From NCBI RefSeq assembly GCF_001194135.2, contig NC_068993.1, positions 10,693,861 through 10,757,860 of the forward strand: DNA of 64,000 nt, given 5' to 3'. The position numbers were made by a program, and so were the translations under genes. Shown piece by piece: positions 1-11,471 of this stretch. How positions within the stretch are numbered: the stretch's first letter is position 1; every line of letters begins with the position of its first letter. This DNA comes from Octopus bimaculoides (taxonomy: Eukaryota). The notes beneath the pieces were generated by a model. That model ran no database searches and was not told the origin of the DNA. It was given only the letters and a program-made list of their open reading frames with translations.

Positions 1-105
1 TATATATATATATATATATATATATCATTATGTGCATGTAAGGATGCCCATCATTGAAGAACAGAATAGAATAAGCAGAGAAAGAGCACATGTGAAGATG
101 GAAAG

Positions 106-150
106 TGTCGCTGAAGAGGTCACAGATGTGTGATGAAAGATTTCTAGACA
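106..150 (+). ncRNA. Minimal type I hammerhead ribozyme-like motif
   Basis: tgtc-g-CTGAAGA(111-117)-g-gtcaca-gatg-tgtgat-GAAA(135-138)-gatt-TC-ta-gaca. Core intact, 6-bp stem II, imperfect stems I and III. Confidence 0.5.
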
Positions 151-446
151 ATGGACAATGAGTCAGAATAAAAACAGAAATAAATGAGAAGAATGAATAT
201 ATAGTGTGTGCATTTATTTGGCCCCCCCAAAAAAATAAGAAAAAAAATGACCATCCCGAAATACAGCAATGTATATCATCATGTATACATACACATATGC
301 TACATATACATGCACACATATATACACCACCACAGTATGTATTATATATATATATATATATATATAATAGATCGCCATGATAGATCGCTGACCACGACAT
401 TCAAATTTTTTTTTCTCCGTGTTTTTCTCCTTGTTTTTCTCCTTAT

Positions 447-483
447 TCTTTCTGTTGAAGAGCGTAGCTCGAAATGTTAAAGA
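447..483 (+). ncRNA. Hammerhead-like motif with variant core (CUGUUGA)
   Basis: tcttt-CTGTTGA-a-gagc-gta-gctc-GAAA-tg-TT-aaaga. Perfect 5-bp stem I and 4-bp stem II; stem III would be ACGT after reversing one CpG decay. Lies in a ~210-bp unit between (TA)n tracts. Confidence 0.45.
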
Positions 484-1279
484 CTTTCTCTATTCCCGAG
501 TGTTAAACTAATACATCCTTTTTTTGTTTACACCACCTGTCCTCGTCTGTTGTTGTTTTTTTCGTAAATTCTCCCATATATATATATTTGAATATGTGTA
601 TAGATGTATAATTTACAAGTGTGTGTGTTATTTCTTTATTGCCAACAAGGGGCTAAACATAGAGGGGACAAAAAAGGACAAACAAACGGATTAAATTGAT
701 TACATCGACCCCAATGCGTAACTGGTGCTTATTTAATCGACCTCGAAAGGATGAAAGGCGGAATTTGAACTTAGAATGTGATGACAGACGAAATACCGCT
801 AAGCATTTCGCCCAGCGTCTTAACGTTTCTGCTAGCTCGCCACCTCGAACAAGTGTGTGTGTGTGTATGCATATCTATCATTCTTGCTCTCTTCCCCTGT
901 ATGGATGTGTAAAGACACACAGACACACACACAAGCACAGAGAGAGAGAGAGAAAAGAAGGGATAGTGTGAGAGAGAGAGATCTCCATGATATAATGGCA
1001 AAGCACAGACAGTCGGTTGTTCCTGTCTCAGGATGTACTGTATGGCTTTGTTTCAACGAGAAACTCAAAATATCTTCAAGATTAGCTCTGGACTGTGGAG
1101 TATTAGTGGAATTGGTGAATAGGGGCAATTGTAGTATTGGTGGTAGCGATATTCATGGTAGCTGTGGAACTGCTTCTGGCCGAGGTGGTTGTGATGACAG
1201 TGGTGGTGGTTGTGGTAGTGGTGATGGTTGTGGTGGTGCTGATGTGGTGGTGGTGATGATGATGATGATGATGTGGTGA

Positions 1280-1314
<35 letters not shown>

Positions 1315-1631
1315 ATGGTGATAGTGGTTGCTGTGGTAGTGGTGGTGGTTGTAGTGGTTGTGGTAGTGATGGTGATGACAGTGCTGGTGGTAGTAGTCTG
1401 GATGGTACTAGTGATAGTAATGGCAATGGTACTTGTAATGGTGGTGGTGGTGGTGGTGCTGGTGCTAGTACAATGGTGTAGTGGTTGCCATGGTCAGACA
1501 GTCCATTGTTTATTCATAAACAAAGGTAAGCTCAGTATATTCTGCACCAGGTGAAACTGCAGACGACTTCTTTTGTAATATTATAAGTCAACGTGTAAGT
1601 GAGCGTGCATTCATACGTGCATGCGTATGTG

Positions 1632-1662
<31 letters not shown>

Positions 1663-2851
1663 GGGTGGAGGTGTTGGTGGGATCTTGGTGCAACTGTATA
1701 GTTTGTTTGATGAATTTAACTTTCAGATGATTGTAATACAATCACTATTATCATCATCATCATCATCATTATCCTGATCACCATAATTGTCATAATTACT
1801 GTCGTCATTGTTAGCCTCATTACCATCATCATTGTCGTCATCATCATCTTCATGATCATCATCATTGTCATCATCAACATAATTATCATCACCATTGCTA
1901 ACGTAATTAAGAAAACCAGCTAACAGGGAGATCTTTATGTGATCTTCTGAACTGTCCCACTACTGCTTGACAACCAGTGTTGGTGTGTTTACATCCTTGG
2001 AACTTAGTGGTTTAGTAGTAGGCTATTCAGCTCATGACCATAAAGTCATGAGTTCGATTCCTAGCAGTGCGTTGTCTCCTTGAGCAAGGTGCTTTACTTC
2101 ACGTTGCTCCAGTCCACTCAGTGATAATACCATTTATTTAAAGGATATAATACATGTCTATGTGCTACTAATAGTTTCATATGTTGAGAAATACCTCAAA
2201 CATATTCATCAGTCACAAACCACACATCATAATGAACTAAAAAAAAGAAATCGAATAAGAGAAGAAATGCAAGAAAATGAGGAAGGATTTGAGGAGTTTT
2301 CATCAGGATGACTCAAACTTATAGGTATGTGTTCTGAGTGCTCAAATAGGTGCACCTCCAAAATTCCAGTTTGAAGAGCAGTTGAAGTTGTGCTTATGTG
2401 ATTGTCCTGTTCAAAACAGCTAGAGGTGGCTTCCCTTTGAGTCAGTAGGTATAGGTTAAAGTCTTGCCTAATTGTTTGCCTTTCCTTACTATGTTAACCT
2501 ACTGATTTGAGTTTGTTTCGAGGTAACGTATATGATGCAAATGAGCTGAGATAACAGCTAAATATGATATCCGCTATTCTTGTTCCCCCCATGGGGTGTT
2601 TTGTTTTGCCTGGTTTGAGTACTCAGTGTTTATTTTAACACGCAACGTTTTAAAGGGACGTTCTCCAGCTACCAAATCCACTCCCAGGACTTCGGTTGGT
2701 CCAAGGCTGTAGGAGAAGAGACTTGCCCAAGGTGCCATGCAATGGGACTGAACCCCAAACCATGTGGTTAGGAAGCAAACTTCTTACCTCACAGCCACAC
2801 CCAGGTATATATATCTTGTATATATATATACATGTAAATTATACTTTACTG

Positions 2852-2895
2852 ACGGTCCAATGAAAACTAGTGAGCAGAAACTTCGAAGTCACTAT
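2852..2895 (+). ncRNA. Decayed hammerhead-like relic
   Basis: GAA-ACTTCGAAGT-C is a perfect palindromic stem III with a GUC site; upstream CCAATGA resembles a decayed core. Stem II does not pair. Confidence 0.3.
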
Positions 2896-3965
2896 ATCAC
2901 TTTGCTTCTAATAGTATAATAAATATGAACTTTACAAAAAGTATTGAATAATTTAATTTAATGTAAAATTGTTTTTATTGTAACTTGACATAAACACACA
3001 CAAACACACATATGAATACACACACACACAAACACATACATGGGAGTGTGTTTTGTATATTTACATTGCTTCACGAGATGAATGAATGAATGGAATAAAT
3101 AGCAACAAATTATTTCAGATTTCCTGTCTGTGGACAAAGAAACCATTTATGGCACCAACTTCCTACATCTTCGGTGATGTTTGTTCAACAGTTCCTTACA
3201 GTATTCTCTCTCTCGAGAGACATTGAAGTGGTTCTTTAACCAGTTGTAATGATATCATCTATATTAACTGTTTTGTGATATTAGCAATTATGATATCAAC
3301 ATAACAGTATTACTTATCATGTCAGCAATTCCAGTGCCAATATAAGAATATCAGCTGTTGTGGTATTAAAGTAATGCTATCAGCTGATATCATAACCACT
3401 ATCATGATATCAGCTGTTATGACATCAACTATAATATGTGATGATAGCATCGGCTCTAACAATATTACCCATTATATCAACAAAATAATGTTGGCTATTA
3501 TGATATCAACATAATCATATCAGCTGCTATAATGTTAATGTAAATGAATCAAAAAATAATTAATAGTGATAAAAGCAGTATTAATATGAAACAGTAATCT
3601 TGATCTCCAACTTAATGTAGCAGTTGTGTTAGACAACATAATACTGCATTTTTTATCTCGAGAGGGAATGATATCAACCATAATATCACTATGATGGTAT
3701 CAGCTATAATGTTATTAGCCATTATGATATCAGCTGCCATGATATCAACAGACTGGAATTACTCGTTATATCAGCATAACAGTATCGGCTGGTTTGACAT
3801 CAAAATAATATTAGCTGTTATTGAACATTCAGTATGTGACATCAGTAACATTTGCATTATAAAACAAATACCAGTTGAATACTGGGGTTGATGAATCAGG
3901 GGTCGATGTATTTAACTAACCCCCTCTTCCAAAATTGTTGCCCTTGTGATTAAATTTGAAACAAA

Positions 3966-3996
<31 letters not shown>

Positions 3997-4291
3997 GCTG
4001 CTTCATGCTGCCAAAGTTGACTTAGCCTTTCATCTTTTCGGGGTTGATAAAACAAGTATCAGTTGAACACTGGGGGCCGATGCAATCAACTTACCCACCC
4101 CATTCCCTAAAACTGCTGGCCTTGTACCAAAATTCGAAAATATTATTAGAGCTGCTTCTAATTCAAAACATAATTTTGTTTCATTTGTGCAGCACCATTG
4201 CACATCAGCAGATAGAGTTTACGATATCAGCTATCAGCATATATACCTTGGCCCAGCTATTCTAATTCGTTTTGAGTCAACTCAGGTATGC

Positions 4292-4334
4292 GGTGCTGAA
4301 GAGCTGAAATAACAGTGAAACATCGATATCCATC
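4292..4334 (+). ncRNA. Minimal type I hammerhead ribozyme with intact catalytic core
   Basis: ggtg-CTGAAGA(4296-4302)-gctg-aaataa-cagt-GAAA(4317-4320)-catcgata-TC(4329-4330)-catc. All invariant core bases present; stems I and II pair with one G.U each; stem III is the palindrome ACATCGAT(G>A)T. Confidence 0.7.
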
Positions 4335-5924
4335 ATTCCCATTTACCTACGGTGAGAGTCATCTTGTCTGATTTGAAGTATTCTGTGTTTTTTAGCACAG
4401 TATCTGCCATGACTTAAATTTTACTTGGCTTGTTGGGTCTTCTCAAGCACGGCTTTTTGCCAACCCTAAAGGTATAAAACTGTATGTGATTCATTTTAGT
4501 GCCCTTTCATGCCACAACTTAGCAGTTCAACAAATTGAGGTGGATAAAGTAATTACTTGACTGAAATAAATACTGGAATTGGTGTGATTAACTAAATATT
4601 TGAAAGCATTGCTCCAGTGTGGGCACAGTCTGATAACTGAAATCAGAAACACAATACAAGAATATACGTGCTTGTACTATGTGTGTGTGTGTGTGTGTGT
4701 GTTTCTGCACCAAATACATGCATACATTGACATATATGTGGGTATATATGCATGTGTGTATATGTTTGTGTGTATGTGTGTGGATACAATCTTTGTTCCT
4801 GCCTACAAGTGTGTGTGTGTGTGGTGTTTGTCCAAGTTTATGCATGTGTATGTAATCTTGGTCCATGCGTATAAATGTGTGTGTGTGTGTGTGTGTGTGT
4901 GTNNNNNNNNNNNNNNNNNNNNNNNNNNNNNNNNNNNNNNNNNNNNNNNNNNNNNNNNNNNNNNNNNNNNNNNNNNNNNNNNNNNNNNNNNNNNNNNNNN
5001 NNNNNNNNNNNNNNNNNNNNNNNNNNNNNNNNNNNNNNNNNNNNNNNNNNNNNNNNNNNNNNNNNNNNNNNNNNNNNNNNNNNNNNNNNNNNNNNNNNNN
5101 NNNNNNNNNNNNNNNNNNNNNNNNNNNNNNNNNNNNNNNNNNNNNNNNNNNNNNNNNNNNNNNNNNNNNNNNNNNNNNNNNNNNNNNNNNNNNNNNNNNN
5201 NNNNNNNNNNNNNNNNNNNNNNNNNNNNNNNNNNNNNNNNNNNNNNNNNNNNNNNNNNNNNNNNNNNNNNNNNNNNNNNNNNNNNNNNNNNNNNNNNNNN
5301 NNNNNNNNNNNNNNNNNNNNNNNNNNNNNNNNNNNNNNNNNNNNNNNNNNNNNNNNNNNNNNNNNNNNNNNNNNNNNNNNNNNNNNNNNNNNNNNNNNNN
5401 NNNNNNNNNNNNNNNNNNNNNNNNNNNNNNNNNNNNNNNNNNNNNNNNNNNNNNNNNNNNNNNNNNNNNNNNNNNNNNNNNNNNNNNNNNNNNNNNNNNN
5501 NNNNNNNNNNNNNNNNNNNNNNNNNNNNNNNNNNNNNNNNNNNNNNNNNNNNNNNNNNNNNNNNNNNNNNNNNNNNNNNNNNNNNNNNNNNNNNNNNNNN
5601 NNNNNNNNNNNNNNNNNNNNNNNNNNNNNNNNNNNNNNNNNNNNNNNNNNNNNNNNNNNNNNNNNNNNNNNNNNNNNNNNNNNNNNNNNNNNNNNNNNNN
5701 NNNNNNNNNNNNNNNNNNNNNNNNNNNNNNNNNNNNNNNNNNNNNNNNNNNNNNNNNNNNNNNNNNNNNNNNNNNNNNNNNNNNNNNNNNNNNNNNNNNN
5801 NNNNNNNNNNNNNNNNNNNNATATATATATATATAGATATGTGTATATATATATAGATATGTGTATATATATATATATATAGATATGTGTATATATATAT
5901 ATATATATGCATATATGTGAAATA

Positions 5925-5973
<49 letters not shown>

Positions 5974-6079
5974 ACACACAACTGTTTCTGTATGCATTAT
6001 ATACGTACACTCATCTATGACTGTATATGTGTGTGTGTGTGTACAGATAGATATGTGTGAACATGTGTAAAAGTGCGTA

Positions 6080-6120
<41 letters not shown>

Positions 6121-6776
6121 TATACACATGCACTTTTACACATGTTCACACATATATGGGAGAGACTGGTAGAAAGACAGATAGATAGATAGATAGAAAG
6201 ACATACTGGCAAAATGTCAGTAAGAGAAAAAAAATGAGAAAATGACAGAAATAGAGAGGGGGGGAGAAAGAGAGAGAGACAGACGAAGAAAAAGAAAGAG
6301 AGAGGAAGAGAGAGAGATAGAGAAAGATAGAGTATTTTATAGAGAAGTTATTTGTGAAGAAGACATTGGTGAGTCATTAGTACACATTAGTGAATAGTTT
6401 GGTAACAGTAAGTTAGCTGTCTTGTTTTTGGGTGGAAATAATGGGTGTGGTACACAAGAGTTAGTTAACGAAAATCTTTATTAACAAAACACTCAGCTGG
6501 AGAAATAGACACCACCACCTACTCTCTATCTCTCTTTCTTCCATAACCTCTCCCTCTCTCTCTGTCTTGTGCAGGTCATACCCACAAATAGTCATGTCCA
6601 GATGGAAGATATTTCTATCAATATTTATATATCATCATCATCATCATCGTTGTTGTTCTAAGATCCAATTTTAGGAATTTGTTGAGGCAAATTATCTATG
6701 ACCAAATGCCATTCTTGTTGCATGTTTCCTAACATGGTAATAATAATAATAATAATGATAATAATAATAATAATAA

Positions 6777-7331
6777 ATGCCTGGATGCAGTACCAGGCAG
6801 TGGCTCTCATGGCTTCTGATCTTAATTGATTGGAAGTGTTATCATGTACGTTGTTTTGTCTTGGTATAAAAAGATGGGCTACAGCAAATATTCTGCTCAA
6901 TACCATAGATTTGCTTGTCAGTTGTTTGACCTTAATCAGTTGAGCATGTCCCTTGGTGGCTGACGATATGTGCATCTCTGATCAGGAGCAGAAGTAGTGG
7001 GGGAGCATCATAGCCATGTATTGAGAGGAATTCTTTGGTGTTTGAATAATTCACCTTTGGAAACATGGGTGTTTTGCTCAACATCCTTAAACAACCCTTA
7101 TTCAGGGACCTTTTGAGCGGGATGGGCTACTCGACATGAAGAAAATTCTAACTGGGCCCCACCTGCGAGGTCATGCGCTGTTTATCTCGATACAAGATCA
7201 CCATATCACACATATGGTTGTGATGCATGTACCTGGTGTACCCTTATCAGACGGGTAGTCATGATGGGTATAATGGGCTTCGTATATTTTACCCCAGTGT
7301 CACTTTGATGGTATGCACTGCTCTCTCACTC
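6777..7331. mobile_element. 555-bp complex interspersed element flanked on both sides by (AAT)n
   Basis: High-complexity sequence with sharp boundaries between (AAT)n at 6738-6776 and 7332-7354; no long ORF. Confidence 0.5.
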
Positions 7332-7765
7332 AATAATAATAATAATAATAATAATGATGATGATGATTTCAAATTTTGGCATGAGGCCAGTAATTTTAGG
7401 AAGGGAGTAAGTCAATTGCATCGACCTCAGTATTCAACTGGTACTTATTTTATCGACCCCTAAAAGGATGAGAAGCATACTGGACCTCGGTGAAGTTTGA
7501 ACTCAAATCATGAAGATAGAAGAAATCCTGCTAAGCATTTTGCCCAGCATGTTAATGATTCTGCCAGCTCGCCACCTTAATAATAATAATTATAATAATA
7601 ATAATAATAATAATAACAACAAGAGCACTCAGAGAGCACAAACCTCTGCCAAGACAAGACTAAAGTCCTCAACGATTAGCCAGAGATGATTTTTTAAATG
7701 AGAATATCTGAAATAAACTCGAATGCTCTCACAAACGAGAATACGAAAAATGAAAAAGAAAAATG

Positions 7766-7797
<32 letters not shown>

Positions 7798-8825
7798 AAT
7801 CAGGGTTAAGATTGGAGACAGGTATTATTATATCTGCATGTGGAAAACAAAAAATTCATTAAGAGACCCCATGAAAATGAAAATACAGAAAGCGATAGCC
7901 CTGAGACATGTAACTACTAATGTAAACATTTCATTGTAAACACTTCATTGCTTATGGTTTTGAAATCTCATATGCATGGTGAACACATTTGAATACCAAA
8001 TGTCAATGTTGTTACCACACTGGTTGTGGTATATGATTATATATACTCAAATGAGATTTTAAAATAGTACAATTTAACACATGAAAGTTACATTACTAAT
8101 GTTTGCTGGCAGTGAAACATCTTCAGTACACACCAACATCATCACCATCCTTGATTTAATATACACTAGATAAGACTTTGCTGAAGTAGATTCTTCTACT
8201 GCCAGACGCTCTTTCTGTTGCCAATCCTCAGCTGTTTCCAAGGAAGGTAATATTTTCCCCGGTGTATCAAACAATGAACAACCCAGACATGCATTGCAGA
8301 AGACTGTAAACAAATGATGCCTTTGTATGAATGAGGTCTTTTTGTTGATAGTCGGCATTCATGTTAAAAAGAAGGGAATATAGGCAGACACACACACAAA
8401 TATATGCCCACACACATATATGTCGCACATACCCCATATATATCCCTTTAGCGTGCAGATTTGTCAAATGTATTGCTTATTTATTAATGTCATTTTGAAT
8501 TATCACACATCATCTTGTACCTTCAAGATTTCAATGGTGTGTTTGCATATATTTCTAGGATGACATTGTAGGGTAGGTTTGAGAGGTTGAATCTCATCAG
8601 TTTTAACTGAAAACAAGTAGAATATTTGGGCCAGATACGGCTGGATTAAATGCTTAAAGGGATACACACACATAAGCTTCTTCCAGTTTCCATTTATCAA
8701 ATTTCAATTGCAAGATATTGATCACCGCACAGAAGACCAGCTGACAAACTGTATCCATTCCGTGAGAATGAATTCAAAGCCACATGGTTCTAAAGCAAAA
8801 AACATATTTAAAAAAAAATTCTTAA

Positions 8826-9248
8826 GGCACAGGAGTGGCTGTGTAGTAGGTAGCTAGCTTACCAACCACATGGTTCCGGGTTCATCCCCACTGTGTGGCA
8901 CCTTGGGCAAGTATCTTCTACTATAGCCTCGGGCCAACCAAAGCCTTGTGAGTGGATTTGGTAGATGGAAACTGAAAGAAGCCCGTCGTATATATGTATA
9001 TATATATATATGTATGTATGTGTGTGTATATGTTTGTGTGTCTGTGTTTATCCCCCCAACATCGCTTGACAACCGATGGTGGTGTGTTTATGTCCCCATA
9101 ACTTAGCGGTTCGGCAAAAGAGACCGATAGAATAAGTACTAGGCTTCCAAAAAGAATAAGTCCTGGGGGTCGATTTGCTCGACTAAAGGCGGTGCTCCAG
9201 TGTGGCCGCAGTCAAATGACTGAAACAAGTAAAAGAGTAAAAGAGTAA
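8826..9248 (+). mobile_element. tRNA-headed SINE family A, full-length reference copy
   Basis: A-box-like TGGCTGTGTAG, B-box-like GGTTCATCCC, body ...gccttgtgagtggatttggtagatggaaactgaaagaagccc, internal (TA/TG)n, tail ...gactgaaacaagtaaaagagtaaaagag. More than 20 related copies in the window. Confidence 0.85.
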
Positions 9249-9989
9249 CCACATCCATAACAAGAACATGAATGTGAAAAACACACAAAAAAAAAACAAA
9301 AAAAATGAACTACTCCCTTCCCCACCTCATATAGCTTTCAGTGTTAAGCTTACAATCAAAGAATTTACTGCAAAGACCACCTGTGGAGCATTTAAGAAAT
9401 TTCGGAATTTTGAAAGCAAAACATTTGGTTATGGAGAAAGAAGAATTCCCAACTGCATAAAATGCCAAAAAGTAAACCATCTCTGAGAAGAAATTCAGGC
9501 TGAGAATCCAGAACTGGGAAAAGAATTGGCAGAATGAACTGAAAGAGAAAGGGTGGATATGGTGTAGAAACACGCCATGTAAAGTTAGAGAGAGAAGCTA
9601 AACCATGAAAGAATAGCAGAAGTTATTTGGAGAAACGGATGATGAATCAGAATTTGATGGTGGTTGTTTTTTCTGTTTTTTTAGGAGATAAACTCATTTC
9701 ATGAATTATGACCTTTATTTAACCTATGTTACAGCCTTCGCTCAACAGTTTCTAAGCAGAAGTCACTGAGCAAAACCAGGAATGGTGCCAGTCTTCTGGT
9801 TGTGGCTTTCTGTATGTGTGGGTGTTTGTTCTTGTTTTGCATTGGTTGCATGAAAAAATATATAAAAGACTCTCTCTCTCTTTCTGGCGGTGGTCCTTGG
9901 GAGTTGCATTATATATGAAGGAGGACGAAATATAATCACTGATTTTTAGCTATAAAAATGTTGTAGGCTGCATTACATTCAAAATTAAG

Positions 9990-10318
9990 GACCCACTTTG
10001 GTTTTGAATCACCATGGGTTTGCACCTAGAAAGTTACCCACAGAGGCACAAGTCCAGGTAAGGCTGTTTATGGAAGACCAGCAGTTGCTCATGCATACCA
10101 GCCTCCCCTTTCTACACCACCAATGTTATTCAAAGGAAAGCAAAGGCCAATATAGCTTGGCACCAGTGATGCCACAAGTCATTTCTACAGATGAGTGAAC
10201 TGGAGCAACGTATGATAAAGTGTCTTGCTCAAGAACTCAACACAGAGCCCAGTGCAGGAATCAAACTTACTACCTCGTGATTGTGAGCTTGACGCTCTAA
10301 CCACTGAGCCATATGCTA
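9990..10318 (-). mobile_element. tRNA-headed SINE family D (gcatatggctcagtggttagagcgtc...)
   Basis: A-box TGGCTCAGTGG. Copies at 2005-2125(+), 12275-12418(-), 30225-30468(-), 36870-37115(-), 38580-38905(-) and 40245-40310(+). Confidence 0.8.
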
Positions 10319-11399
10319 ATATATATATATATTCAACTTGCTGGAAACAGCAGCCAAATCTATCTCTAATCATATTCTGCTGTTAAAAATAAAAATAAAT
10401 AGGAATAGCACAATTGCTTTTAAAGTGATAAAGAAGTGATATTGAACCAGTGCATGTGTTTATTATAATTGGCTTAATGACCCTCCCAAGACACAACAAT
10501 AGCACAATACTAAACACAAAATAGCTAGAAAAATGATGGAATGGCCACATCTGTAAACATCTGAGCATAGATCTGTTGTAGCAGGTCTAATTTAAGCCTA
10601 AACAACGGCCATCATGTTTATGGTTCCTCATGAAAAATCTCAATGCAGACGTTCAAAGGACACATCACATAATATATTCATCAAGCTAAATAACATCATC
10701 ATCATTATCATCATCATCATCATCATCCTCTTCCTTACTATCATCACCACCAACATATCTCATATTTTTCCCTTTTTCATATGTTTAGTCTAGTTGTCAT
10801 GAGCTAAACAACCTGCTACATAATTAAGTACTAGGTGTCCTGTTATGCTTATCCAATCTCTCATCATCAAGGTAACATCAAGATTCCATTACAGATGCTT
10901 ACCTGTTAAGTTAGAGAAAGACTGAATTTCTTCTCAGAGTAATTTCAGAAATTTTTGCATCTGTTTTATATCATCTACATACATTTTGTATTTTTTTTTC
11001 TTTTTATTTTTGTACAAGAGTGATTTTTGAGTGATTTTTCTCACTAATTTTGTTCTGTGTATAGAGACAGAATATCTGTAAAGAGCTCCACCCAGCAAGA
11101 AAATGTGTCTACTAACTCATGCAAGTTTGTCCTTCAATCTAGTCTGCATCTTGATGCATGCAACTGTCATACACGCATGTGAATTTGAAAACTATATTAG
11201 TTACCTTCGTTTGTGAGCTCATATTACTGTGAAGTATTCTGTTTGTGTCAGGGTTGGTGTATGCAAACAGATTGTTGGGATGGCAGTACTGGAACAAGAA
11301 TCTCTCTTTGAGAGACTGCCATTGCTTCTTTCTGTTTTTTTAAAGACAGTGTCCCTGTCTCCTTGTACAACTTCCAAGACTGGTGGAAGGAGGGGAAGA

Positions 11400-11471
11400 G
11401 AGAGAGGGGGAAGATAGAGAGGGGGAAGATAGAGAGGGGGAAGATAGAGAGGGGGAAGATAGAGAGGGGGA
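11400..11471. repeat. 15-bp tandem repeat (gagagggggaagata)n running into a gap
   Basis: About 5 copies before the N-run. Confidence 0.9.

Noticed and set aside
6545-6660. Strong plus-strand acceptor (pyrimidine tract + TGCAG|G at 6574)
   Set aside because: The tract is a (CT)n microsatellite, and no donor or meaningful ORF follows.
8074-8358. Minus-strand ORF (...LPSLETAEDWQQKERLAVEE...) as a possible next exon, with tttacag acceptor at 8304
   Set aside because: No convincing donor and no recognisable domain; cannot be told from decayed retroelement sequence.
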